This document shows, piece after piece, positions 1-8,470 of a DNA stretch of 54,110 bases. The DNA lies in the IMG/VR virus record IMGVR_UViG_3300012924_000012, positions 1 through 54,110 of that record; one strand, given 5' to 3'. A program made the translations under genes and the position numbers. The DNA is from a virus. Taxonomy: Duplodnaviria; Caudoviricetes. How positions within the stretch are numbered: position 1 is the stretch's first letter; every line of letters starts with the position of its first letter. The notes below the pieces were generated by a model that did not search any database, had not been told where the DNA came from, and saw only the letters and a list, made by a program, of their open reading frames with translations.

Positions 1-123
1 CGATGGCGAAATGAGCAAGGCTTTTAACCTCTGCGGCGAGCCGATCATCTTGCCGGGTAGTTCTTTTGCCGAGGAGACCGAATGAACCATTTGGAACTTG
101 TCCGCAAGCGTCAGGCCGAACCC
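1..123. repeat. Terminal overlap identical to 53988-54110 (circular contig)
   Basis: Exact 123-bp match; the ORF ending at 54072 and the ORF starting at 82 read across the join. Confidence 0.97.
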
Positions 124-684
124 GATTTTTTTACTGAAGCGCAACGACGGCAAAATGCTGTCTTCAAGAAGTTGAGGAAGACAACCATCAATAGGATGGC
201 CGTTGCCCTACAGGATGAACCGACCACTAAGGGTAAGTTCATCTGGCTCAAAAAAATCATGACGACTCTTGGCCAAGCAACCGAAGGCATAGTCCCCTGT
301 AAAGCGGGCTGTTCTGATTGCTGCAAGATGGCAACCAATATCACAAGCCTGGAAGCGGAAGAAATCTCTAAGGCCACGGGCATACCCGTTACGGTGCCTT
401 CGTCTACCTTGACCAACGAGGAATCCATAAAGGCTTTTCAAGGCATTCCTTGCCCATTTCTCAGAGAGTCGCAGTGCAGCATCTACCATGTCCGACCATT
501 CGCTTGCAGAGCGCATTACAGCATGGACAAAGACAACCTGCTATGCAAGATCGTACCCGGCGAGACTATCCGTTCGCCAACCGTGAACACTTCACAATTT
601 TCTTTGCTTCACGCTCTAGCACATGTTGCCGAGAATGAAATGCACTTGGCCGATATCCGTGAATTCTTTCCACCAAAGGACTAG
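82..684 (+). CDS. YkgJ/CxxCxxCC family cysteine-cluster (Fe-S/Zn) protein
   Basis: CKAGCSDCC, CPFL, CSIYHVRPFACR motifs. Confidence 0.85.
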   Translation: MNHLELVRKRQAEPDFFTEAQRRQNAVFKKLRKTTINRMAVALQDEPTTKGKFIWLKKIMTTLGQATEGIVPCKAGCSDCCKMATNITSLEAEEISKATGIPVTVPSSTLTNEESIKAFQGIPCPFLRESQCSIYHVRPFACRAHYSMDKDNLLCKIVPGETIRSPTVNTSQFSLLHALAHVAENEMHLADIREFFPPKD

Positions 685-686
685 AT

Positions 687-1163
687 ATGCAAACTTTTGA
701 ATACACCACTGTAGACAAATCCACCTGGGGCGCTGGCCCTTGGCAGACGGAACCGGACAAGATGCAATTTTCCGACCCGATTAACGGCCTTCCTTGCTTG
801 ATCGTACGTAATGGTATGGGTGCACTGTGCGGCTATGTCGGCGTGCCTACTTCACATCCCTTGTTTGGTAAAAACTATGGAAAGGCTGAAAACATATCGG
901 TCCATGGTGGCCTGACCTTCGCTGATGCATGCGATCCCGGTTCACCAGAAGACCATGGTATTTGCCACATACCCGGCCCTGGTGAATCCAATCAAGTCTG
1001 GTGGTTCGGCTTTGATTGTGCGCATCACAATGACTTAATACCGGCCTATCCTGCAATGACACCGGAATTTAAGAAGATGATGGCTACAAACACGTATCGA
1101 AATGTCGCCTATGTTAAGGCGCAAATCGCATCCCTAGCTCAACAACTTTCAGAGGTGAAATAG
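687..1163 (+). CDS. Conserved phage hypothetical protein
   Basis: CGYVG, VHGGLTF, GFDCAH motifs typical of a common phage family. Confidence 0.75.
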   Translation: MQTFEYTTVDKSTWGAGPWQTEPDKMQFSDPINGLPCLIVRNGMGALCGYVGVPTSHPLFGKNYGKAENISVHGGLTFADACDPGSPEDHGICHIPGPGESNQVWWFGFDCAHHNDLIPAYPAMTPEFKKMMATNTYRNVAYVKAQIASLAQQLSEVK

Positions 1164-1165
1164 CC

Positions 1166-1375
1166 ATGGCTGCAATACCTGAAGCAGAACTAAATCAATT
1201 GCTAGATGCAACAATGTCGACCCTTGAAGAAATATTCAAGGGCTACGGAATCCTTTTTGTTCTATTCGGTCAAGGCGACGGCGCGGCCCTCTGTAACTGC
1301 GAAGAGGATGTTCTCGTTGAAGTCGCTAAAGGCATCATTGCGAACCGTGAAAGGGTGGTACGTAAAAATGGATAA
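1166..1375 (+). CDS. Hypothetical protein (resembles 52622 and 53034 ORFs)
   Basis: RBS GAGGTG; packed in operon. Confidence 0.6.
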   Translation: MAAIPEAELNQLLDATMSTLEEIFKGYGILFVLFGQGDGAALCNCEEDVLVEVAKGIIANRERVVRKNG

Positions 1376-1586
1376 CCATACCGGGAAATACGATATTCCT
1401 TGCGAGTTTGCTGTAGCAATGACAGGTGGCGATTTAGTAGGATTGATCGTTCTAAACGGTAATCATGGAAGCGGTTTTTCTATCGCTACCAGAGACCCAG
1501 AATTGCTAAAAAAACTTCCAAATTTTCTTGAAACAATTGCAAAGGAAATCCGTGAAAAAACGAAAGAAAGCAATGAACTACATTAA
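1368..1586 (+). CDS. Hypothetical protein
   Basis: ATG at 1368 overlaps previous gene; GLIVLNGNHGSGFSI. Confidence 0.6.
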   Translation: MDNHTGKYDIPCEFAVAMTGGDLVGLIVLNGNHGSGFSIATRDPELLKKLPNFLETIAKEIREKTKESNELH

Positions 1587-1893
1587 CAATTACCCTACGC
1601 TTTACTTCGGATCACCGAAGTTTCGCAAACCGGATGAAGAACAAGTTCAAACGCCTGTCGGTGCAACCTGCGGCTGGTGCGATGAAGATGTCCAGCTGGG
1701 TGACATGGGGACCATCATTGGCAATCAGGTTTGTCACTATGAATGTCAGATGCGGTCTGTCGCGGGATCAGTCGGCCACCAGCTAGGCCGCTGCTCTTGC
1801 TTTGGTGGCACAGAGGAAGACCCGGAAGGAATGACCAACCGACAGGCCGCTATCGCTGCTGCGCGGCTTTGGGATGAGACACATAGCCATTAA
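1573..1893 (+). CDS. Cys/His-rich hypothetical protein
   Basis: CGWC, HYEC, HQLGRCSC. Confidence 0.65.
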   Translation: MNYINNYPTLYFGSPKFRKPDEEQVQTPVGATCGWCDEDVQLGDMGTIIGNQVCHYECQMRSVAGSVGHQLGRCSCFGGTEEDPEGMTNRQAAIAAARLWDETHSH

Positions 1894-2099
1894 CCTGGGA
1901 CTAGGCCACGGCGGACACCACCGCCGCCGCCTTTCCCTGTCAACTCCACCAGGATGCTTTGCGCTCGTAACTGCGATACGCTCTCTTCCAAAGCAGTGAT
2001 GCTCAACTTTAGCTGCTGCACATTCTTCGCCAAAATCACCATGGAATCGGCCAATTGCTTAACCATGCCTAAAAGTTGCTGTTCTTCTTCTTCCGACAT
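1890..2099 (-). CDS. Small coiled-coil protein ending GGGGGVRRGLVPG
   Basis: ATG at 2099 with AAGGA RBS; heptad pattern. Confidence 0.6.
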   Translation of the reverse strand: MSEEEEQQLLGMVKQLADSMVILAKNVQQLKLSITALEESVSQLRAQSILVELTGKGGGGGVRRGLVPG

Positions 2100-2210
2100 A
2101 CTTTTCCTTGAGTTCGTGTAGTTCACCAACAAGGAAGACGACTTGCACTTGATTAGGACCAGACAGCCGCCAAGCATCACATAATCCCTATAGTGCAAAT
2201 CTTCTTCCTT

Positions 2211-2355
2211 GTTGGTGCCGGTCTTTCCCGGCTGTCCACATCATCACCGTAGTAAAGCGTGAAGTCTGAAAGGGTGACGGCTGATGCAGCAGAAGTTATA
2301 TTCCCCAATTCTGCTAGGGTTAAAGGCTCATGCTAAAACGAGCAACGCTACCAAC
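2211..2355 (-). ncRNA. Candidate structured multi-stem ncRNA
   Basis: Intergenic; GUUGGU/ACCAAC closing stem with four internal hairpins, the last GCCGG-GAAAGA-CCGGC followed by ACCA. Confidence 0.55.
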
Positions 2356-2365
2356 CACAACAACT

Positions 2366-2710
2366 CTATTTTTTCTTTGGTTTTTCCTTGAAATCAACAG
2401 TCTCTACTGTCGTCATATCAAACTTTGATGCCTCTTGCTGACCTAGCAAATCCCGCAATTTCTCTTTCAACTGATCATCAGTGAAGCCGGTCAACTGCGT
2501 CTCGCCAGTATGATGAATTGCCGTCAAACTCGGCATGATCCGATCCAGCGCCATGCCTAAAAGTCTCGCCCCTGTGGGACTCATTTGACCGACTTTTTGC
2601 GCCTCAATCTCATGGATCAATCGCAAAACCAGTTTCGGACCTTGAATCTCTGCAAGCCATTCAGGGCTACCAGGAACTAAGCCCCGTGGGCGCGGTGTTG
2701 TTATATCCAT
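2366..2710 (-). CDS. Probable terminase small subunit
   Basis: Helical core, MSPTGARLLGMALDRIMPSL and C-terminal FTDDQLKEKL resemble podoviral TerS; late-strand position downstream of the Q-like gene. Confidence 0.5.
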   Translation of the reverse strand: MDITTPRPRGLVPGSPEWLAEIQGPKLVLRLIHEIEAQKVGQMSPTGARLLGMALDRIMPSLTAIHHTGETQLTGFTDDQLKEKLRDLLGQQEASKFDMTTVETVDFKEKPKKK

Positions 2711-2759
2711 TGCAAGTTCTCAAACTGAAAATTCTATGGTAGATGTCTTGTATCTCATA

Positions 2760-2972
2760 TTAATCAGTGGCTGTAAAGACATCTACAAGCTTTCGTTGCT
2801 CAGCCTTCCATTTTTCATCCCTCAAGCTTGAGTAGCGCCTTTCCCGTTCGCAAACGTTTGAACAACACGGCGCTGTCTGTCCTCTTCCTATTGCGTTGCG
2901 TACCTGATCGTTGCGAGCCTTGAATGATTTACCACAGATCGGACACTTACAGGGGATCACCTTTGCACTCAT
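2760..2972 (-). CDS. Small zinc-finger protein
   Basis: CPICGKSF and CCSNVC. Confidence 0.6.
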   Translation of the reverse strand: MSAKVIPCKCPICGKSFKARNDQVRNAIGRGQTAPCCSNVCERERRYSSLRDEKWKAEQRKLVDVFTATD

Positions 2973-3004
2973 GTAATTTTCTTTGCTGTTCTCAAACTTA
3001 GTGC

Positions 3005-3033
3005 TTGCACTATGACATAGGATGTCATACTAT
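3005..3033 (+). promoter_or_regulatory. Sigma70-type promoter with palindromic operator in the spacer
   Basis: TTGCAC-N17-TACTAT; TATGACAT-AGG-ATGTCATA at 3011-3029. Confidence 0.65.
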
Positions 3034-3073
3034 ACGGTCTTAGGCAGCGCAACGGGCGCGGCGAAATTGGAGA

Positions 3074-3307
3074 ATGAAAATGATGCAAGAAAAATTGGTT
3101 TGGCCTTCTCTTGAATCGAAAGGTACGATTTTCCCAAAATCTGGCGTTCGTGCAATTACGCTGAGTGGCGAAGAAATCCCTCTGGAATCTGAAGGCGATT
3201 TTATGAAGGCCGAGCGATGGAGCAATGGGACGATCTTTGCACTTATCAATGGTGTACAGCGCCGTATCCATCCTGAAACTATTGATTACGTTATTCAATC
3301 AGTCTAA
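3074..3307 (+). CDS. Hypothetical protein
   Basis: GGAG RBS; follows promoter. Confidence 0.6.
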   Translation: MKMMQEKLVWPSLESKGTIFPKSGVRAITLSGEEIPLESEGDFMKAERWSNGTIFALINGVQRRIHPETIDYVIQSV

Positions 3308-3347
3308 CAACTGCACCCGCTTCGGCGGGTAGGACTTGGAGAAAAAA

Positions 3348-3560
3348 ATGGAAGTAACAACTGTACAACTGGCACGTATCGAACGTGACTATTCAAAGAT
3401 AGCTGGCGAGCCGGTAGGCGTTGAACAGGTTAGCAATGCAATCTACGTTTTTGGCTCCGAAATCGCTACACTTCGCCTCTTCCGTAAGATGCCGTACGGG
3501 CGTCAGGATTACAGCAAAAACTTGGGTAAGTTCTTCTTTTGTGTCGAACTTACTTCCTAA
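3348..3560 (+). CDS. Hypothetical protein
   Basis: GGAG RBS before ATG 3348. Confidence 0.6.
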   Translation: MEVTTVQLARIERDYSKIAGEPVGVEQVSNAIYVFGSEIATLRLFRKMPYGRQDYSKNLGKFFFCVELTS

Positions 3561-3562
3561 AC

Positions 3563-3730
3563 ATGAGTCCAGAGCAAAAATGGCGCATCAGCCAAGCCAT
3601 CGTCCAGTGCGATGATTTTATCGACCAAGAGGAGCAGCGAGACCCGGAGTTACGCCCAGCCGCTGCTAAAGATCTTCTTGACTTTTACAGGCAACATAAA
3701 GTTAAATTGCAATCTATGTTAAATTCCTGA
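3563..3730 (+). CDS. Hypothetical protein
   Basis: ATG 2 nt after previous stop; hairpin follows. Confidence 0.55.
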   Translation: MSPEQKWRISQAIVQCDDFIDQEEQRDPELRPAAAKDLLDFYRQHKVKLQSMLNS

Positions 3731-3803
3731 TAATAAGCCGCTCATGAAGCGGTTTTGTCAGTGAAAGGACCGGAATCCACCGTCCATCTGAAAGGAAAAT
3801 ATC

Positions 3804-3983
3804 ATGCCATCACTTTTGAATCGTCTTATCGCCTTCTTGAATGCCCATAGCGTGGACATTATTACGACCACCGAAACCACTATTACGGTTTCTGGCATGT
3901 ACTGCCGTGATGGTGTTGCATTTTCCCAGCCTGATGTATTGCCTGCGAATCTGGAAGCCATTCGCAATTACCTGGGCTACTAA
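3804..3983 (+). CDS. Hypothetical protein (59 aa, not in ORF track)
   Basis: AAGGA RBS; MPSLLNRL...IRNYLGY. Confidence 0.55.
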   Translation: MPSLLNRLIAFLNAHSVDIITTTETTITVSGMYCRDGVAFSQPDVLPANLEAIRNYLGY

Positions 3984-3985
3984 TC

Positions 3986-4192
3986 TTGGACAAAATCCTA
4001 AATGTCATGTTCTGGCTGTCTATCGATGGTAAACCGCTGGCAAGCTTTCAGAACTTACCCGGTCCCGACCCTGATATGACACCTGCGCAAATGCGAAACC
4101 TTGCTGCGGCTCTTGTCAAGATAGCCGATGACTGTGAAGCAGTCCCGACCAAACACAAGCCAAGAAGGATTGTTCTAGGTTATGAATTGTAG
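3986..4192 (+). CDS. Hypothetical protein
   Basis: Contiguous with upstream ORF; terminator follows. Confidence 0.5.
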   Translation: MDKILNVMFWLSIDGKPLASFQNLPGPDPDMTPAQMRNLAAALVKIADDCEAVPTKHKPRRIVLGYEL

Positions 4193-4194
4193 TG

Positions 4195-4223
4195 AAAAGG
4201 CCCGGTAATCCGGGCTTTTTTCT
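4195..4223 (+). terminator. Intrinsic terminator
   Basis: GGCCCGG-TAAT-CCGGGCT followed by T tract. Confidence 0.8.
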
Positions 4224-4273
4224 TGTGTAAGGAATTTTTTACATAAAGCCATGTAAGTAAACCAATTTTACTA

Positions 4274-4315
4274 TTGACAATGCTTGGCATACTCATATAA
4301 TCACGATGCAAGATA
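4274..4315 (+). promoter_or_regulatory. Consensus sigma70 promoter with ATGCAAG operator
   Basis: TTGACA-N16-TATAAT; ATGCAAGATA at 4306-4315. Confidence 0.8.
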
Positions 4316-4339
4316 GCATTTGTTACAAGGGGAAATACA

Positions 4340-4570
4340 ATGGCTGATGCCATTCAACCAGAAGAAGTTGTAAAAGCGAAAACCTTGCAGGCCGTCGAGT
4401 TCTACTATGCAAATAAGCATCTAGGCGTATCGCCTTATGCTGCGGCATTAAAGTTTTCAATTAGCCCTTCTGCTGTCTATCGTAAAATCCGTAACCTGGA
4501 AGAGACGATTGAAGATCGTTGCCCTTGCTGCGGCCAACTTACCAGAAAAACCTTAAAACTGAAGGATTGA
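4340..4570 (+). CDS. Small HTH DNA-binding protein with C-terminal CPCCG
   Basis: SPYAAALKFSISPSAVYRKI HTH pattern. Confidence 0.7.
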   Translation: MADAIQPEEVVKAKTLQAVEFYYANKHLGVSPYAAALKFSISPSAVYRKIRNLEETIEDRCPCCGQLTRKTLKLKD

Positions 4571-4571
4571 A

Positions 4572-4946
4572 ATGAGCAAAATCGTATCCGTTGATGACAA
4601 GATGAAACAGGCATTGGATGATGCCGTGGCATTGATTTCGACTCTTGAAGGCCCGTACCTGAAACAGCTTACCGGTATTCTTAATCGTGAAATCGAAGCA
4701 CGCGATAAAAACCGCATTCAAGAAGTGCGCCTTCAAATTCAGCGCCTCGCCGCTGATGTTGGCATGAGCATTGAAGATTTGATGACGTTGCCCAAAGCGA
4801 GAGCCGCCCGTGCGCCGCTCGGCATGCGTTTCCAACATCCTACCGAACCAGATAAACAATGGTCAGGAATGGGTCGTAGACCAGAATGGGTCCGTGCGTG
4901 GATTGATAGCGGTCATAGCTTGGCAGAAGCATCTATTCCAACCTAA
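4572..4946 (+). CDS. hns: H-NS family nucleoid-associated protein
   Basis: N-terminal coiled coil; C-terminal QWSGMGRRPEW matches the H-NS WxGxGRxP motif. Confidence 0.85.
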   Translation: MSKIVSVDDKMKQALDDAVALISTLEGPYLKQLTGILNREIEARDKNRIQEVRLQIQRLAADVGMSIEDLMTLPKARAARAPLGMRFQHPTEPDKQWSGMGRRPEWVRAWIDSGHSLAEASIPT

Positions 4947-4957
4947 GAGACCATAAA

Positions 4958-5215
4958 ATGACTGACGAAGAAGAAATTAAGTTCAAGAGCGAAGTCAGCC
5001 AAGCAACGCAAGGCATTGTCTCGTTGTTGCTTGGAATGGGCTTAGGTCCGAACGAATCAGCTTATACACTTGGGGTAACAATGAGTGCATTGATTGAATT
5101 TCTTGATCAAAAGAATCCTGATAGTAATTCCGATGTACATAAGGATATGATGATGAAAATTTTCAATAAAGCATTGGCAACAGTCAAATCTAAAATTTTG
5201 ATTATTGAAAGCTAA
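4958..5215 (+). CDS. Hypothetical protein
   Basis: In operon with hns. Confidence 0.55.
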   Translation: MTDEEEIKFKSEVSQATQGIVSLLLGMGLGPNESAYTLGVTMSALIEFLDQKNPDSNSDVHKDMMMKIFNKALATVKSKILIIES

Positions 5216-5519
5216 TCAATCTTAAAACCCCGCTGCGACCGCCGCCAGTACACAAGCCGAAAGGTTCAAACCCATGAAGCTTTGGCCGGTTTGCAGCGTT
5301 ATCACCATCATCGGTTCCGTTTGATCAATGCCTCTGACATTTTCCTCAATGTAGGCAAGGATTTCGGTATCAGTCATTTTTTCATCCCCTTTTGTTCTGC
5401 CTTGATCAAATCGTGCCCAAGCAGCCGCCGAATCTCTTCATTGGTTGGCTTGTGTACCCGGTAAGTCACTACGGATACTTGCACTGGCTTGCGCTCTTTC
5501 TTGATCTCGGTATCCATAA

Positions 5520-5547
5520 CAAAAAAGCCAGCATTGCGGCTGGCTTT
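5520..5547 (-). terminator. Intrinsic terminator (tR'-like)
   Basis: AAAGCCAGC/GCTGGCTTT stem with T tract on minus strand, just after the promoter at 5575-5603. Confidence 0.75.
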
Positions 5548-5574
5548 GAGAATATTGGTTTCAATTTACCTGAA

Positions 5575-5603
5575 TGTATAGTCTTTTTTCCACGAAGTGT
5601 CTA
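5575..5603 (-). promoter_or_regulatory. Late promoter candidate (pR'-like)
   Basis: TAGACA-N17-TATACA at the 3' end of the Q-like gene. Confidence 0.6.
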
Positions 5604-6074
5604 CCCCGCTACGGATATTTTTTCATTCTTTTTTTCTTCCAATTTTCGCCACTGACGGAACACCATGTTATGGGCTTGCGTTAGCAAAACGTAGTACCTG
5701 GACCGGTGGACGCCGAGTAGCTTTGCATTCTCTGAACCTGTACGCTTCTTCTCTATGATCCTGCCGTTGACATCAGCGCGGCTCAGGTGATGCATAACGA
5801 ATGCTTGCCGGTGCTTAACGGGTAGTCCTACCACTAACTTTTCAAACTCTATCACCTGAAGCAAGTTGACCTTTGGAGGCTTGTAGAGCGTCACCTCAAG
5901 GTCGCCGCGCATGGGGAGGTAGAGGAACCCTAGCGGACAGCGAAACGATGGCGGCAGGTAGTCCCTGTTGCGGCCCCAGCGTATCCAGTCGCTTATCTCC
6001 GTGGACAGGATTTTTTCGATCTGCCTAATGCCCAAGTCTTCGGATTCCGTGAACATGGTCGTTACTCTTTGCAA
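5601..6074 (-). CDS. Antiterminator Q-like late regulator
   Basis: WIRWGR N-terminus and C-terminal sigma4-like HTH; last gene of replication operon, followed by promoter and terminator. Confidence 0.6.
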   Translation of the reverse strand: MQRVTTMFTESEDLGIRQIEKILSTEISDWIRWGRNRDYLPPSFRCPLGFLYLPMRGDLEVTLYKPPKVNLLQVIEFEKLVVGLPVKHRQAFVMHHLSRADVNGRIIEKKRTGSENAKLLGVHRSRYYVLLTQAHNMVFRQWRKLEEKKNEKISVAG

Positions 6075-6277
6075 TCACAAAGTTCTATCGTCATAGAACG
6101 TTCTTCTTTGTTAATCTCTGTATTCATTTGAATTGCACCACTTGAGAAAATTTTTAATGACTCTTTTAATTCATCCTCTGTGATAGTCGTTTTCTGAAGA
6201 TTTAGCCGATGCATTAGAACAAGGATAAGAACAGTTTTTGAACCTGTTTCTTGCTCTGTAGTCATATTCGCTCGCAT
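6062..6277 (-). CDS. Hypothetical protein
   Basis: GAGGGGG RBS. Confidence 0.5.
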   Translation of the reverse strand: MRANMTTEQETGSKTVLILVLMHRLNLQKTTITEDELKESLKIFSSGAIQMNTEINKEERSMTIELCDCKE

Positions 6278-6321
6278 ATTTCCCCCTCGATTGAACCCCG
6301 GCCTAGACCGGGGCATTGTGA

Positions 6322-7752
6322 TTAGCAAACGCGGCTATGGATCGCCTCAACCTGCTCTTTCGTGCCGTTCATCGCCTTTGCAAAGACAGCGGCCAAGGCA
6401 TCCGCGACATCTGAAGTTTCACGCGGTTTTTCAGCCGAACGATCTTTCAACAGTTTCAATTGTTTTGCCATCGAGTCAGCCGATGCGACAAGGGCAGCTT
6501 CAGAAAGCTTTGTGACTGGCAGGCCGGGTTCTTGCAGGTCGAGCTGCGCCAGCTTCGCACGCTTGACAACTTCGGAAATGACAGCGGGAATTTCACCCGC
6601 GAGTACGTTCCCGGCATCGGTCAAATCCGTATCGGCCTCGATTGCATCACCCCCATACAGTCGCAACAGTTTTTCGACAGCCTTTGCATCGGGCGGCAGC
6701 ACCTCGATCACAGCATCAAGGCGACCAGGGCGTAGCATGGCCGGATTGATTGCGTTAAGGTCATTGGTGGTCAGGACGACAATCACGTTTGTGGATTTCG
6801 TGTCGATACCATCGATGACGTTCAAAATATCGTCCATTTCGACCGAACGTTCGCCGGCCATGGCGCGGTCGATGTCTTCGCAGAACACAACGCACGCTGG
6901 CGACTGATTTTGTTTGGCAAAACCGATGGCATGGCTCAGTTCATCCGCACGCGGGATGTACACGTAAGTAATTCCGTTATCGACAGCGATCTTGCTGGCG
7001 ACTGTCGCCGCAAGGGTCTTACCGGTCCCGTACGTACCGCCCAGGAGTACACCGCGCTTGATCGGGATGTGATTTGCGATGCAGTCTTTCACGCGCTTAA
7101 TTGGTGTAAAAAGATTAATGCGGATTTGCGTTTGAACTGCTTCAGGATAGATCACCATGTTTTCGGAAATGGTCGACGTATCCATAAACTTAGGTTCTGG
7201 CATTTCCAGCTTATCGCCGTCATCGTCCAAGAAGCGCATCTTGATGGCTTGTCCCTTGTAGATCGAATTGACTTTCAGGTATGCGCGCACTTCCTCAAAA
7301 ATCTTCTTGATGGTCGCTTCATCCTTACGCTTGACCTTTGCAACGAGTTGGAACACGACGCGACCCTCTTTTTGGTCTGTGCTTGTCGAAAGCAAACCCG
7401 CCACACCAGGCAGAGTGAATGAACCCCACGGTACTTGTTTCGTTTTGTTAAAACCAATTTCGATAGAAATCAAGCTCGGTGGACGCGGGCCGAACATGCC
7501 GGGCGTTGCCGTCGCTGCGGACCAGCCAAATTTTTGCGTCAATACTTCATCGATAGCGTTTGCGCCGTCCCAGGGAAACACGTCGAATGTTTCCATCAAA
7601 TTGACTTCTTCTTCCAAGAACTTTTCCCGGCGTGTCAACAAGTCCTTCGCGTCACTGATGCTCATGCCCTCTGGCAGAATCATCTTTTCGCCGTGGTAAA
7701 CGATTTCCGCGACATGTGCTTTTTCGCCTACTTCTTGCAACGTTTTAGCCAT
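6322..7752 (-). CDS. AAA+ ATPase (classic AAA clade)
   Basis: Walker A GTYGTGKT, Walker B VVFCEDID, sensor TTN, SRH RPGRLD. Confidence 0.9.
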   Translation of the reverse strand: MAKTLQEVGEKAHVAEIVYHGEKMILPEGMSISDAKDLLTRREKFLEEEVNLMETFDVFPWDGANAIDEVLTQKFGWSAATATPGMFGPRPPSLISIEIGFNKTKQVPWGSFTLPGVAGLLSTSTDQKEGRVVFQLVAKVKRKDEATIKKIFEEVRAYLKVNSIYKGQAIKMRFLDDDGDKLEMPEPKFMDTSTISENMVIYPEAVQTQIRINLFTPIKRVKDCIANHIPIKRGVLLGGTYGTGKTLAATVASKIAVDNGITYVYIPRADELSHAIGFAKQNQSPACVVFCEDIDRAMAGERSVEMDDILNVIDGIDTKSTNVIVVLTTNDLNAINPAMLRPGRLDAVIEVLPPDAKAVEKLLRLYGGDAIEADTDLTDAGNVLAGEIPAVISEVVKRAKLAQLDLQEPGLPVTKLSEAALVASADSMAKQLKLLKDRSAEKPRETSDVADALAAVFAKAMNGTKEQVEAIHSRVC

Positions 7753-7803
7753 GATAACTACTTCCTTTTTAGGTTCCTGCCAGCATGATTGCTGATCAGG
7801 TTG

Positions 7804-8175
7804 CTACATGAGGCCCAAGTAACTTTTTACGGTCTTTATTGCTGCTTCAGAGTCAGTCATAACGACAACTAACCAATGCTCTTTTACCAATAAATCGATG
7901 TATGCCAACTGTTCCGGCCTGGGCGTCTCCCCTGGCCGTTTAAATTCAATTGCAAGGCCCGTAAAACCGTTTCTAGGGACCGGCAATATCATGTCGGGTA
8001 CACCCTTCCTAAGACCTTCCGCAATCATCATGGCGGCAGTCTTATAGCTGCGCTTCCCAGCGTTCGGTACAGCAAACATCAGCCGCAAGGTAGGGTTAGC
8101 TTTTTCGGCCAACTTTACCCATTGAAAAAATGCGGCTTGGATATCGTGCTCAAGTGGAACAAGGCGACGTATCAT
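7804..8175 (-). CDS. VRR-NUC domain nuclease / junction resolvase
   Basis: EHDIQ, AVPNAG, GVPDM, IEFK. Confidence 0.85.
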   Translation of the reverse strand: MIRRLVPLEHDIQAAFFQWVKLAEKANPTLRLMFAVPNAGKRSYKTAAMMIAEGLRKGVPDMILPVPRNGFTGLAIEFKRPGETPRPEQLAYIDLLVKEHWLVVVMTDSEAAIKTVKSYLGLM

Positions 8176-8470
8176 GCTCTACCGTAGCGGGTTCATCTTT
8201 CATTTTATGCAACAGGATACCTTGAGTGCGTGGAATACCCGCAAGAGTGCGCAATTCGTCCAGATTCCAGCCTGTGATGTCATGGGCATGGATCAGCAAC
8301 GAAGCGGTGATGACCGTTTGCTTGTTACGCATGCGACAGATGGCCGCTGCACCGATACCGAGCGCACGGGATAGCGAGGCATCGCTACGCAAATGGAACT
8401 TGTCCATGATGGCATCAAAGAGTTCGCCGGGTTTGTAATTTTCATTTTTTAGCAATTCAATCATAGTCAT
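8150..8470 (-). CDS. XRE-like HTH protein of an Oxalobacteraceae-type family
   Basis: LRSDASLSRALGI...ASLLIHAHDITGWNLDELR. Confidence 0.7.
   Translation of the reverse strand: MTMIELLKNENYKPGELFDAIMDKFHLRSDASLSRALGIGAAAICRMRNKQTVITASLLIHAHDITGWNLDELRTLAGIPRTQGILLHKMKDEPATVEHDTSPCST

Noticed and set aside
1-123. Biological direct terminal repeat
   Set aside because: It cuts through coding sequence, and a P22-like terminase implies headful, permuted ends; best read as assembly overlap
2211-2290. Canonical tRNA
   Set aside because: No TTCGA T-loop, D arm or anticodon arm of proper spacing; kept only as an ncRNA candidate
6362-7788. Long plus-strand ORFs opposite the AAA ATPase (similarly 8942-9679 and 33105-34130)
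   Set aside because: Antisense shadows of well-supported genes, without motifs or RBS
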